The notes beneath the pieces were generated by a model. That model did not search any database. It was given only the letters and a program-made list of their open reading frames with translations, and had not been told where the DNA came from. From NCBI RefSeq assembly GCF_902713615.1, contig NC_052149.1:143115955-143179954 (forward strand): DNA of 64,000 nucleotides. The letters run 5' to 3'. Shown here in pieces: positions 1 to 12,900 of the stretch; within the stretch, counting starts at the first letter, position 1, and every line of letters begins with the position of its first letter. This stretch comes from Scyliorhinus canicula. Lineage: Eukaryota. The translations under genes and the position numbers were made by a program.

Positions 1-494
1 AATTACATTCTACTCTCGTCTCGTCGTAATTGATAGTGCATCACACACCAAAAGAGGAAGGAAGACTATCACATAAATAGCAACAAGGGTGTGTGATAGT
101 GGGATGCACAGAGGTGCATTCAAGGGAACTATGGAGAATAAGAGTCAAGGCCCCAGGAGGCATTGCACATGTCAAAGTAGTACTTCCTCAAGCTGAGGCT
201 GTTGAATCAGGCATTCACAGCCATCTTTAACTTCCCAGAGAAAGGCCTGCTCCATGCTGGACCTGGTAACCAACAATTACCAGTGACTGAAAGGCACATC
301 ATCCTCCACATTTTTGTCTCCTTTTCCTTCCTGGATGCTACTGGAAGTAAAACACTAATCTCACAGTCAGCTGCACATAGATTCATAAAACGTGTCTATT
401 AATTGTGTTTAGATTTAGATTTATTGTCACGTCATAGCATTCAAGGCTATGGGCCAAGTGCTGGCAAATGGGATTAGGTAGGCCAGTCATATTA

Positions 495-844
495 TCATAG
501 AATTTACAGTGCAGAAGGAGGCCATTCGGCCCATCGAGTCTGCACTGGCCCTTGGAAATAGCGCTCTACCTAATCCCATACCTCCACCCTATCCCCACAC
601 CTCCACCCTATCCCCGTAGTCCCACCTAACTTTTTTTTTGGACACTAAGGGCTATTTAGCATAGTCAATCCACCTAACTTGCACATCTTTGGACTGTGGG
701 AGGAAACCGGAGCACCCGGAGGAAACCCACTCAAACACGGGAAGAACGTGCAGACTCCTCACAGACAGTGACCCAAGCCGGGAATCGAACTTGGACCCTG
801 GAGCTGTGAAGCAACTATGCTAACCACTGTGCTACCGTGCTGCC
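495..844 (-). mobile_element. HE1-type V-SINE, CR1 tail
   Basis: tRNA-like A/B boxes, V core, TTCTATG tail. Confidence 0.92.
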
Positions 845-927
845 AGGTATGTTTCATGCATCGGTATAGAAACATTGGGCTGAAGAGCCTCTTCTACACT
901 GTATTATTCTGTGATCCTGATTCTGGC

Positions 928-1221
928 TGTCACAGTGTCAGGGACCTGGCCTTGGGTGATTGTCTGTGTGGAGTTTGCACTTTCTCCCCGTGTGTGCATG
1001 GGTTTCCTCCGGGTACTCCGGTTTCCTTCCACAGTCCAAAGAAATTAGGTGGGTTGGCCATGCTAAATTGTCCCTTTGTGTCCAGGGATGTGCCAGATTA
1101 GGTGGGGTTACAGGGATTGGGCAGGGGAGTGGGTGTAGATATGGTGCTCTATCAGTGGGTCAGTGCAGACTCAATGGGCCGAATGACCTCCTTCTGCCTG
1201 TCGGAATTCTATGGTTCTATG
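928..1221 (+). mobile_element. HE1-type V-SINE, 5'-damaged
   Basis: V core and TTCTATG tail. Confidence 0.85.
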
Positions 1222-1504
1222 GTTGCTTAAAGGTGAAGTTTAGAATCTGAAAAAAATCAGATAGAAAAATATAATCCCAGTGGTAAATTGGGATAATGAC
1301 AGAAAACAGGTGTAAACAGTTGAGGTATGATTATCCTCAGTGATCTTGAATGTCTGAACCATACGGTCAGTGGAATGAAGTTGATATGCGGGGCTCGATT
1401 TCGTACTCCCCACTGGTGATGCAGAGATGGAGGCGAGTAAAATCCAACAGCTGGCCATCCTCCCACCTACAAGCCCGCCCCGACCGGTTTGAAATGGGAA
1501 GCGG

Positions 1505-1730
1505 AACATAGAACATAGAACACAGAACAGTGCAGCACAGAACAGGCCCTTCGGCCCTCGATGTTGTGCCAAGCTTTGTCCGAAACCAAGATCCAGCTAT
1601 CCCATTCCCTGTTATTCTGGTGTGCTCCATGTGCCTATCCAATAACCACTTGAAACCAACTCCACTATCACAGCAGGCAGTCCATTCCACACTCTAACCA
1701 CTCTCTGAGTAAAGAACCTACCTCGGACAT
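1505..1730 (-). mobile_element. CR1 3' end
   Basis: (ACATAGA)n tail plus FLLRVVRVWNGL-like coding end. Confidence 0.8.
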
Positions 1731-1735
1731 CGCTC

Positions 1736-1883
1736 GGCACGGTAGCATAGTGGTTAGCACAATTGCTTCACAGCTCCAGGGTCCCAGGTTCGATTCCCGG
1801 CTTGGGTCACTGTCTGTGCGGAGTCTGCACGTTCTCCCCGTATGTGCTTGAGTTTCCTCTGGGTGCTCCGGTTTCCTCCCACA
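1736..1883 (+). mobile_element. HE1-type SINE head/core fragment
   Basis: A/B boxes plus core. Confidence 0.85.
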
Positions 1884-2109
1884 GAGGAGGCATTAGTTAG
1901 CTCACTTGCTCTTTGGCCTATTGTGGGCCCATCAATGGTCACTTCAGGGTCACATCCTGCCCCATTAGTATTTTACCCATGGCAGGGAATGCTTACACCA
2001 GGCTGAATAATACACTCCAACGCTGTGGGTGGGAGCCGCACTTGGAAATGGTCAGCCTTCCGATATTTGGGAATGCCATCCCAATATGTCAATTAAAAAG
2101 GTAATAAGG

Positions 2110-3300
2110 TCAATTTGGAGCAGGAGGTGGGTTGAGGTCTAAAGGCAGTGAGGATTCCACCCGTTCAGTGCAGGAAGGCAGGATGTCCAGCATTGGGGAA
2201 CATTGGCTGTGACCCAAAACAAGGTCACAGCCGGTCATTTAAAGGGCGACCTGACAGGGTAGTGTCAGACACAGCAAATGTGTACAATCAGCATAGTTCT
2301 TCAGCATGTCACATTTTCCGTGCAAGCTCTTGAGAGCCTGAGCCTGCATTGTGCCTTAGACATCTGCAGATACCTCAGTCTCTGCCTCTATACCTGATGG
2401 GCTGCAAAAATCCTATTGTGCCTCCATTGGAAATCATGATGGCTTCATTACCCTCTGGGTCTGGCGCAGAAGTCAGCAGCCATTCATCCAGGGCATCAAG
2501 GCCACTGAATAGGTCCACCACCTGTGAGTTTCGCAGAAGGAAGGAAACATGGCTGTTGCCCAGATACCTGATGCAGACCTGCACAATCCATCGACAATGA
2601 TCACAGACCAGCTGAACATGCAACAAGTGAAGCTCTTCCTGTTAATAAAGGAGCAGAGCTAAGCAGCTGGAGCCTGCATGGCAATGTGTGTCGTCAATAG
2701 CTCCCTGACCCAATGGAAACATGCAACTGCTGCAAACCCTCAGGCTCTTTCTAGTTGACTCTGGTCGTCCACTGTGAAAGAGATGTAATTTCCTACTCTT
2801 CTGAACATGGTATTAGTGATGATCTTGGTACAGTGGTGTGCAGCAGGCTATGTTATGCCACTGTGGTCCCCACACACTGCCTGAAAGGGTTCCGTTGCAA
2901 AAAGGTTGAGCACAACAATGACCGTTAGAGCTACAGGCCTTGGGTGACTACCAACGCAGTTAGATGAGGTCTCCTCTGCTGGCATGTCACAAACAGATGT
3001 GACTGTGTCTCTGGAGAGCCTGAGCCTGCATTGTTGTGTCTTGGTCATCTGCAGATAGCTCAGTTTCTGCCTATATACCTGAGGGGCTGCATAAGTCCTT
3101 CTGCAGCTCCGTTGGAGAATTCTGATGGGTTCATCACCCTCTGGTCTGGTGCAGCTCTGCAACCTTCATGTGCCACTATTGCATCCTGGACCTCCCGATG
3201 TGCCCTCCTTCCTCCACTCTCCTCATTCTCCCCTCTTTCTCACTGGAGATTGCACCTCCCTCAGAAACCACTGTGCCCATTCCTGGCCTAGTTTGAAGGC
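2110..3300 (-). mobile_element. Two tandem Harbinger transposase relics
   Basis: VYRQKLSYLQM..QCRLRLS, VLNLFATEPFQ, LHVQLVCDH..WLL; the N-terminal segment occurs twice (2332-2470, 3014-3155). Confidence 0.8.
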
Positions 3301-4835
3301 TAAAGTGATGGTCAAAGTCTAAATGGACCTTTCTGGAGGAGAACCAAGGACTCTAAATAAAGTAATTTTGAAATGCAAACTCTGCTTCTTGTACAAAGCA
3401 GTTCCAACAGTCACAGAACTCTGAACTGTTAAGCTGAAACTCAGGGCTCAGCTGAACCTTTTAAACCTGTCCCATAAAGCTTCCGAATAAAACAGGAAAC
3501 CCACCTGGCTTGAAATATACTCTGCAACCATCTTATTGTTCACAGGATATTTTAGTCCAGTCAATTGCCTGATTAATGTTCTTAAATATCCCATTTAATG
3601 ACACTTGAATAATGAAGGCTAGCTTCTGATTTTCAGCCCTGCCTGCCTGCTATATTATCTGGAACATTGCGCCTGTTAATATGTCGGCACAGGCATATAA
3701 CACTCCTGTTTTTGAAGTGTATTTTTCAGCCCACCATGTGGAAAACACAGCAACTAGAGCAGTGTGGGCTGCAGTTGGGCAAGTGAGGTTGGAGGAGATC
3801 CTCATCTGAGGCCCCCCCAAGTCAACCCCCGCCTCCCCAAAGGCACCCAAATTACCCAAGATCATCTCCCCTTTAACCCTCCAACATGGCTTCTTCAGCT
3901 CAATCGACTATCTCCCGCCAACTCACCCCCTCATACCCACTCACCCCCCCACCCCCCACCCTCATTACAACTCCCAAGTCTGGACTTAGCTGTATTGGGG
4001 ACTGCTCATAGTCCCAGGAGTGGCTCTCAGTGATGCTGTTGGGCCCAAAGAGCTGCCGGACAATCTTATTAGCCAGCTGCTCTCTGCAGCAGGACTTCCT
4101 CCCTGGAAATGCTGCGGATCCGGGCGCAACAGGTGAATCACGCGCGAGCCCTAAATCGGACTACGCACCGGGCAATTCACCTGATTTGCTCCACCCCGTG
4201 CGATCGTGCCCTCACTGGATGAGATCCAGATTTGAATAGTTAAATTAGCCTTAGGCCCCATTTAAATACCCAGGCTCTGTATTCACCCAGCGCCTGGTAC
4301 TCACCCACCGTGCCTGAGAGACCTTGCCAAGGCACCGTTTAGTACTGATCCACACAAACATGGACCAGACATAACAGCACGGGGGGAGGGGAGGTCTCCC
4401 AGCCATTGGAGATCTCCAGGTAGCCAGGGATGGGGCAGGGTCGCACCCCGGCACTCCTCTGGAACCCAGGCACTGCCATCCCGGCACCCTGACAGTGCCA
4501 CCTGGGCATCTTAGCACTGCCACCTTGACAATGCCAGGGTGTCAGTCAGGGTGTCCAGGTGCCAGATTGGCATTTCCAGAGTTTGGGCCCAGGGGTGGAG
4601 GTGAGAGGGGGTGGGGGGGGGGGGGGGGGGGGGGGTTGTGGGGCAGTGCTTTGCCATGTAGTGGGGCGTTCTTGGGGGCCTCCTCAAAGTTGGTGGGGTG
4701 CGGGGAGGTCACAATACTTCCCAATGGGGGGGGGGGGGGTCCTGAAAGTGGGGCAGGGAAAAAGATCAGGGATGCTGTGCAAAATGGCACCCCATCTTTG
4801 AGAAGCCTTTGTTGTAGAATCTTTCTATTTACAGC

Positions 4836-4995
4836 CTGCTGCCTATGGCGCTGAGGAACCAAGGTCGATCCCGGCCCGGGTCATTGTCTGTGTAGAGTTT
4901 GCTCATTCTTCCCATGTCTGTGTGGGTTTCAACCCAAAGATGTGCAGGTTAGGTGGATTGGCCGCACTAAAATGTCGCTTAATTGGGAAATAAAT
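4836..4995 (+). mobile_element. Short A-tailed V-SINE
   Basis: Core followed by TTAATTGGGAAATAAA. Confidence 0.75.
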
Positions 4996-5609
4996 AATTG
5001 TGTCATCTAAAATAAAAGAGAAAGCTCAAGCTGCACGACAACTCCGGATTACCGGTAAACTTGATGTTAACTGGAGAGTGTTCAAGCAGCAGTTTCATTT
5101 GTATCTGGCTGCTTCAGATTTAAATAATATGAGTAGTGAACATAGATTAGCTGTTTCTAACCATGGCGGTTCCCCAAGCCATTGAACTATATAACTCATT
5201 TCAATTTGCTGCGAATCAAGATAAGACCAAATCTGAAGTAGTTATAGAAAAGTTCAATCTCCATTGCAAAATTCAGACAAATGAAACTTTTGAGCATTTT
5301 ACTTTCAAAAGAAGAATGCAGAACAAAGGTGAATCAATTGATTGCTTCATTACTAATCTCAAACTGTTAGCTCAAACATGTAATTTCTCCTGGTTAAATG
5401 ATTCAATGACCAGGGATCAAATCGTTTTCGGAATAATCGATGATAAGCTCAAGGAATGTTTGCTGAGACAGAAAGATACACAACCAACTAACTGGGTCAG
5501 TTCCATGGTTTGTGTAAAGAAACCTTCAGATGATTTTAGGATATGCATCGACCCTAAAGATCTTAATGAGAATATTAAGAGAGAGGACTATCCTATACCC
5601 AAGAGAGAA

Positions 5610-5722
5610 AAGTAAGAAGTCTTACAACACCAGGTTAAAGTCCAACAGGTTTGATTCAAACACGAGCTTTCGGAGCACTGCTCCTTCCTCAGGTAAATCT
5701 TGAGAAGAAAGTGATTTCTTCT
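5610..5722 (-). mobile_element. Penelope-derived fragment with minimal hammerhead motif, inserted in Gypsy RT
   Basis: Minus strand CTGAGGA-A-GGAGC-AGT-GCTCC-GAAA-GCTC; TSD CAAGAGAGAA (5600-5609, 5723-5732). Confidence 0.75.
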
Positions 5723-6089
5723 CAAGAGAGAAGAAATCACTAGCAAAATGGCTAATGCTTAAAAAAAAATCCAAACTGGAGGCCTCCAGAGGATTTTGGA
5801 AAATGCAGCTAGATGAATTCAGTAAAAAGTTATTTACTTTCAACACAACTACTGTTTTAGCAGGATGCCATTTGGGATTATCTCAGCACCAGAGATTTTT
5901 CATTGTGTGATGGACAGATGGCCGAAGGTATTGAAAGTGTACGTGTGTGTATGTAGATGATATAATCGTATGGTCATCTACAAGAGAAAAACACAATTAT
6001 TACAAGTATTTCACACAGTACATGAATTTGGTTTGAAGCTAAAAAGAACCAAATTTGGTATTTTGACTTTGAAGTTCCTTGGAGACCAG

Positions 6090-6747
6090 TAGCGGGATTC
6101 TCTGACCCCCCGCCGGGTCGGAGATTGACTGGGGGGTCAGAGTGAATCCCGCCTCCGCTGGCTGCTGAATTCTCCGGTGCCGGGGTTTTGGCGGTGCAGG
6201 AATCACGGCACACCAGTCGGGCCGAGTGGACGCCCATTTTTGGCGGGTCCCGCCGGCGTAAATCACAACAGGTCCTTACCGGCGGGACCTGGCTCCACGG
6301 GCGGCCTGCAGAGTCCTCGGCGGGGCATGGGGGGATCTGGCCCTGGGGTGTGCCTCCACGGTGGCCTGGCCCGCGATCGGGCCCACCGATCCACGGGCGG
6401 GCTTGTGCCATGGGGGCACTCTATCCCTCCACACCGGCCGCTGTCAACCTCCGCCATGGCCGGTGCGGAGAACCCCCCTGTGCATGCGCTGGGCTGACGC
6501 CGGCACACGCTGGAGCTCCTGCGCATGCACCAACTCGCGCCGGCAGGCGGAGGCCCTTTGGCACCGGTTGGTGTGGCACTAAGCCCTTCCGCGCCAGCTA
6601 GCGCGGCGCCAAACACTCTGGCGCCTGCCTAGCCCCTGAAGGTGCGGAGGATTCTGCACCTTCGGGGGGGGGCCTGACGCCTGAGTGCTTCATCCACTCC
6701 TCGGCGCTGGAGTGACCCTCCCCGCCGGTTCGTGGAGAATCACGCCC
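6090..6747. mobile_element. Harbinger-type MITE inserted in Gypsy RT
   Basis: Imperfect TIRs (TAGCGGGATTCTC...GAGAATCACGCCC), 3-bp TSD CAG (6087-6089, 6748-6750). Removing it restores KFLGDQIS. Confidence 0.88.
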
Positions 6748-8133
6748 CAGATATCAGAACAGGTGTGCGACCTGACAATGACAAGATTGCTGCCATACAA
6801 CAAATGAAAGTCCCAGAGGACAAAAAGGCCATTTTAAGATTTCTAGGTGTGGTGAATTTTCTAGGAAAGTTCATTCCCAACCTCTCATCCAGAATTACTG
6901 CTCTCAGAAATCTCATCAAGAAGTCTACCACGTTTGATTGGACTGACAATCATCAAAAGGAATGGCTCGATATAAAGTCTCAACTGACAACTGCACCTCT
7001 TCTTTCATTCTTTGACCCAGACAAAGAAACAAAAATATCAACTGATGCAAGTCAGAGCCGAAAGGAGCAGTTCTGTTACAGAAAGATGACAATTCATTAT
7101 GGTTACCAGTTGCCTATTCTTCCAGAGCAATGACGCCGACTTAACAACAGTATGCACAAATAGAGAAGGAATGCTTGGGTTTACTGACAGGTGTTTTCAA
7201 ATGTCATGATTATGTTTATGGTCTTCCCACCTTTACAATTGAAACTGACCACAGACCTCTTGTCCATATCCTGCAAAAGGATCTAAATTATATGACACCA
7301 AGATTACAGAGGATCTTGGTGAAGCTTCTTAAATACGATTTCAGACTTGTATATACTCCAGGCAAGGACTTGATCATTGCTGATGCTTTATTACGTTCAA
7401 TTAATTCAGAAGAAGAACCTCATGAATTGATACAGCACATAGAAGCTCAAGTGCAGCTTCGAGCTGAAACTCTTCCTGCTTCAGATGTGAAACTGAACCT
7501 CATCAGTGAGGAAATCAAGAAGGATTCCAAGCTTCAAAGAGTCATAGACCATCTAAACACTGTTTGGCCAAAAGGGCATTGTTCCAAGTTCAGGAATATA
7601 GCAGAACTAACAGTTGAGGGTGGATTGTTACTTCGACTTGATTGGATAGTAATACCTTTGTCTCTCCGACCCATGATTCTCAATCAGATACATGAAGGTC
7701 ACCTTGGCATTGGAAAGTGCAAGAGAAGAGCAAGACAAGCTGTGTATTGGCCAGGTATCAATCGAGACATCACTGATATGATACTTGGATGAGAAAAATG
7801 TCAGAAATTTCAACCTGCACAATGCATTGGAAACATCTCCATGGTCGAAGGTAGGGATTGATTTGTTTCATTGCATTGGTCGTGATTATGTGTTAATCAT
7901 AGACTACTTTTTGAATTATCCAGAAGTTGTCAGATCCCATATCCAGATCTGTTATAAAAGCGACAAAGGAAATTTTTGCCAGACATGGTATTCCAAACAC
8001 TGTCATGTCTGACAACGGGCCGTGCTTTGATAGTCATGTATTCTCCCGAGAATACAACTTGGCTCACATCACTTCAAGTCCGCACTGTCCTCAATCAAAT
8101 GGTAAAGTTAAGAAAGGAGTTCATATCATATTA

Positions 8134-8436
8134 GGGCAGCACAGTAGCACAAGTGGATAGCACTGTGGCCTCACAGCGCCAGGGTCCCAGGTTCGATTCC
8201 CCGCTGGGTCACTGTCTGTGAGGAGTCTGCACGTTCTCCCCGTGTGCGCGTGGGTTTCCTCCCACAGTCCTAAGACGTGCAGGTTAGGTGGATTGGCCAT
8301 GCTAAATTGCCCTTAGTGTCCAAAAAGGTTAGGAGCAATTATTGGGTTACGGGGATAGGGTGGAAGTGAGGGCTTAATGTGGGTAGGTGCAGACTCAATG
8401 AGCCGAATGGCCTCCTTCTGCACTGTATGTTCTATG
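8134..8436 (+). mobile_element. HE1-type V-SINE in Gypsy integrase
   Basis: Full head-core-tail interrupting KKGVHI|KQLL. Confidence 0.92.
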
Positions 8437-9340
8437 AAACAACTTCTTTACAAAGCTTTTGATTCTCATGCAGACATGAATCTTGCGTTACTCAACTATA
8501 GAACAACTCCGCTTGCCATGGGTTTATCGCCAGCGCAATTGTTGATAAACAGGGAATTAAGGACTAGTCTACCATCCATTACACTACCTGATCCAGATCA
8601 TCTACCCGTAATAAAAAAGATACAACATCAACGAGATAAACAACGACTGTACTATAATCGACATGCAAATACACTGGAAATACTGCTTCCAGGTGGCACA
8701 GTCAGGATCAAAATCCTGATGGAGGTTGGTCTGCCCCAGCAGATGTTATTCGACAAGCAGTACCACGCTCCTATATCATTCAAACAGCTGATGGATCTGT
8801 TGTTTGACGTAATCGACGAGCACTTTTGAAACTCAAACTACGCAATAACATCTTTCCAGATCTACAACTCCATGACAGTATTTTCAACGATATGATGACA
8901 TCTTCCGAAGTTCGGGAACACAGAGGGCAGTAAAAACTTCTCAGGCTCCTCTTTGTGGTTTAAGAAGGTCAACCAGGAAAAGAAGGAAGCCGGACAGACT
9001 CAATCTGTGAATTGTACCTGCTAAACTTTTTTGTTATTAATTTTTCACTACATGTCAAAGTCAGATACATAAAATGTATTGTATTACTATTATCCACTTT
9101 TTCCTTTTGTAAATAGAAAAGAAATGTTTAAAAAAGGGGATGTAATGATATGTACATAGTCAGGTTAGTGAAGGGTTAATTATTACACCTCTGTGTAATT
9201 CAAACACTAGAGGGCACCACCACTTCTCTGTATATAAATCAGACCTCAGGGAATGCTAGGTAGTGTGGTAGTGAAGGAGAAAGCAAGAGAACAGCACCAG
9301 GAGGAGATTAGGTTAGACAGAGTTAACACGAGTTTCAATT

Positions 9341-10056
9341 ATATATTATTAGTGACTATTTAGATTATTGATAACTGCTAGGCAGATTCAATATTACTTT
9401 ATTACAGTAGTCCCCCGTTATAACGCGGGTGTTGGGGTCCAAGACAGCCACCCGCGTTACATCCGAGCCGCTGATATCCACGATGTGAAATGTCCAATCA
9501 GCCGGCAGTGTCAATTTCAGCGGCCGGCTCACTTTGATCCGGAGAGGGAAGCTGACAGCACCTGGCTGTACAGATTAACATGGTGTTGGTGTGAACAGCA
9601 TTTGTTATAGTTTCCAGGTGACAAGAAAAATGCTTTTGCTTCTGCTTTTTGGTCAAACTCCCTCCACCTTATTGCAAGTTGCTCCCGTTTTCCAAATTAT
9701 ATATTATTAGTGACTATTTAGATTATTGATAACTGCTAGGCAGATTCAATATTACTTTATTACAGTAGTCCCCCGTTATAACGCGGGTGTTGGGGTCCAA
9801 GACAGCCACCCGCGTTACATCCGAGCCGCTGATATCCACGATGTGAAATGTCCAATCAGCCGGCAGTGTCAATTTCAGCGGCCGGCTCACTTTGATCCGG
9901 AGAGGGAAGCTGACAGCACCTGGCTGTACAGATTAACATGGTGTTGGTGTGAACAGCATTTGTTATAGTTTCCAGGTGACAAGAAAAATGCTTTTGCTTC
10001 TGCTTTTTGGTCAAACTCCCTCCACCTTATTGCAAGTTGCTCCCGTTTTCCAAATT
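9341..10056 (+). repeat. Perfect 358-bp tandem duplication
   Basis: 9341-9698 = 9699-10056 (identical 80-aa ORFs at 9368 and 9726); AATT microhomology at the junctions. Confidence 0.95.
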
Positions 10057-10669
10057 GACGGTGGGAGCCAAGAATTAAAGGTAAGTTGGGAAAAGGTTTT
10101 ACAAAGTCTACTTTAACGTCCAAAAGAAGTTTAAAATACAGTATAGACATAGTTTAAATGTGCAGTAAAATTAGATGAATAAAAATAGGAACTGCAGGGA
10201 AAGAGATTATAAAATATACAAAGTGTTTAAATATTTTATCACCTTATGTTGCACAATACAGACAGCAAGAGTGCTCGCGCCTGTTTGGCCAAGGCAACTT
10301 GGGCTTCACGCCCACACTCCCGGGGTGCAAGGGCTCCACCTTGGCTCCGTTACACCACCCTCCCACCCCAGGCTACATCCACACATATCGGCAGCCTATT
10401 CCTCTGCGTTGCTGACGGTGCTAAGGATTCTGGTCTTGAGGAGCTAGATCGCTGCGCGGGACAATCCATGTGCGGGACGATCCAGGGGCTGCGTTTCCCA
10501 TTCCCTCCTCCTCCCTTGCACTGCCCCACCGCCCGTCCCGGGTCACGCTGGTGAATTGTTCCGGCAGAGGTGGCGAACTTCAGCGGCCGAGTAAGTTGGG
10601 GTCCATAAGTCCCCCCACCGTATATCGCGAATCGCGGTATTGCGGAGCGCGGTATAACGGGGTCTACTG
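9405..10669. mobile_element. Tc1/mariner (Tigger/pogo-like) non-autonomous element inside Gypsy LTR
   Basis: TIR CAGTAGTCCCCCGTTATAACGCG / CGCGGTATAACGGGGTCTACTG with TA TSD. Confidence 0.85.
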
Positions 10670-10839
10670 TATTAACTATAGCTCAGTAGCGTGTGCGAAC
10701 TTCACTTAATTAATCGTTATACAATAAATTAGTTTTGTTTCAATCTAATCATTGGTGGATTCTTTGTCTTCAACACAACGGACCATTCTGGAAGAAAAGG
10801 CGAAGAACACAATATATTACCACCAAGGGTAATATAACA

Positions 10840-12360
10840 CCCCTTATCCCCAAGAGCCAACCGGCTATCCTGGGATGGCCCTTGGAAAGGCCATGGATGT
10901 CTGACTGCCCCAGAATGTAGCTGTCGTGCATTTCCTGCGAAGTGTGCATACATGTGCATGATCGGCATGTTGTGGTCACACACTAGCTGTGCGTTCAGGG
11001 ACTGGAATTCCTTTCTGTTAATGTAGGGCTCTCCCAGCTGGCCTGGTGCATGCAAGGCGACATGCGCACAGTCTATCAGCCCCTGGACCTGGGACATCCC
11101 ATGGATGGCAGAGAATCATGCTGCTCGGGCACCTTGTTGGGCTTGGTCCATGCCAAAGTTAATGTAATTTTCCGCCTGGGCAAACAGGGCATCCGTGACC
11201 TGTCGGATGCACCTGTGGGCTGTGGTCTGAGAGATGCCATACAGATTCCCGCTCGAGCCCTGGAAGGATCCAAAGGTGTAAAGGTTCAGGCTACGGTGAC
11301 CTTGACAGCAACAGAGAGCGGGTGTCCCCGTCCACATGGTGCCAGGTCCACGAGAGCATGGCACAGGAGCCGCACTATCTCCTTGTTGACGCGGAACCTC
11401 CTGTGGCACAGGAGGTCTGTCGTCTGTCCGAAAGACCAGTGGCATCTGGGCCAATGCGGGCCACCCCCGCTGGGTCTCACCCTGGCCTGATGGGTGGCCA
11501 GGTCCTCAGAGTGTGGGGTCCATCACATGGGCTGTTGCCTCAAGGCTACCACCTGGCCTACCAGCAGCAACACTAGGGCCTGCTCTGTAAGGCCCAAAAT
11601 ACCATTTAATATCTGTAAGGAATTGGGAGAATGCGTTAGACTGACTAACAGCGGGGGCTCCAACCCTGGGACCCGCCATTCCCCCATTGATGTGTCTCGA
11701 CACAGTGTCCAAGCTTCACGGTCCGATTGAAATGCTAGGCAATGACTTCCACATGCTACATGGCCCGTCCACCCCCAGCAATCCACTTGGTTTGGTGAAG
11801 TGCTCACTTAACCTCGATTGCCATATCAGCATTAGCCTTCAGCCACGCAGCCAGAGGTCTCCACAGTCTATTGGGGTTATGGGTGGGTGGTGGGACAAAT
11901 GGGCAGGGACAAGGGTTGCACCCGTAACGAGTACACACGTTCCAGGGGTTGGTATGGCGGAGGCGGAGGCGCACGCGGTTGACCCCCAGCAGACTCCCTG
12001 CCCAATGCCGACCCCCCCCATCATGGCGGCCCACCCAGCTGAGGGTGCCCCCCCCCCTCGCCCTGAACTGGGGTGGCAAGCCCAGCGCCCCAGGTTCTTA
12101 ATCTGTGAGCGAATATGGTTACTCACCTCCGGGGCTCCCCACAAAAGCCCTTCTGCCAGGTTCACATTTTAAAAAAGGGATACTAATGTGACCAGTTGCT
12201 GGGGTGACCACTGAATCACAGGAGACCATTGGATATGGGGCGACTCCCATTAATTGTATGGAAATAGGGTTTAAGTGGTGATAATTGGTTTCTCACCACG
12301 CTACAGCGGGATCCCGATTTCACTGACGGAGGCAGGCAGGTTGCATCGCCTGGCCCGTGA
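10840..12360 (-). mobile_element. PIF/Harbinger transposon, HARBI1-like transposase relic
   Basis: LSVAVKVTVALN..GSFQ..GISQ; VQGLIDCAHV; INRKEFQSLNAQLVCDH; HDSYIL; GWLLGDKG. Cut at GDKG by the Gypsy 3' LTR. Confidence 0.92.
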
Positions 12361-12479
12361 GCGAAAAGAGGTCAGAGAAACGCATCTACGGGGTCTTAGA
12401 AATGATGCAGAGAATTCTGAGAAAGAGGCCAAAAGTAATGGTGAATCTGAGTAAATCAATGCAAGGTTAAGGAATATGA

Positions 12480-12900
12480 GGGGTGGGATTCTCCACTGGC
12501 CACGCAGGAATCGGGAAACGCGATTGGGCGGAGAATAGTTCCGATGCCAAAATCACGGCGGGCGCCGATTTGACGCCAAATCAAAATTCTCTGTCACCTC
12601 GACAGCGGCATTAATGCATGTACAGTAAAAGCCGTTTGCATATCATTAGCTGTTTGCATTTCGACTCGGTATTCTCTGGGGCCTCCACAAATCTGCTCCT
12701 CCAACGAGGGAGGTCCCTCCAGCTGGGTGACCGCCCACTGGACTGGGGCAATGTCCAGTCCCGGACCACCATTACCGAGGCCTGCAAGGCAGCCATCTTG
12801 CTGCACACCACTGACCACCCAACTTGGCCCCTGGTTCTGCAGAGTGACAGATCTATATGAGTGAAGAACAGGGATACACTGCATTTGGTGAGGAACTATA
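12480..12900 (+). mobile_element. Harbinger-type non-autonomous element fragment
   Basis: GGGTGGGATTCTCC terminus; CpG-rich body similar to 18041-18290. Confidence 0.55.

Larger units (their letters stand above)
5000..10839 (+). mobile_element. Ty3/Gypsy element lacking its 5' LTR, internally deleted, with nested insertions
   Basis: Gag-like NWRVFKQQF; RT WVSSMVCVKK..RICIDPKDLN; RNase H STDAS..ETDHRPL; integrase HEGHLG..VYWPG, GIDLF, VMSDNGP. PPT AAAAAGGGGA 9131-9140, then 3' LTR TGT(9141)...ACA(10839) with TATATAA and AATAAA. Confidence 0.9.

Noticed and set aside
4610-4640. Long poly-G runs (also 35881, 41228, 57107) as functional G4 elements
   Set aside because: Homopolymers mostly inside TEs, with lengths unreliable in assemblies.
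8134-8210. tRNA genes at SINE heads (this and other copies)
   Set aside because: A/B boxes run directly into the V core; they are tRNA-derived SINE promoters.
9368-9968. Duplicated 80-aa gene
   Set aside because: TTG-start chance ORF spanning an LTR/MITE junction, copied by the tandem duplication.
10840-11600. Domesticated HARBI1 host gene
   Set aside because: Stops, frameshifts, truncation by an LTR, and multiple related copies in the window.
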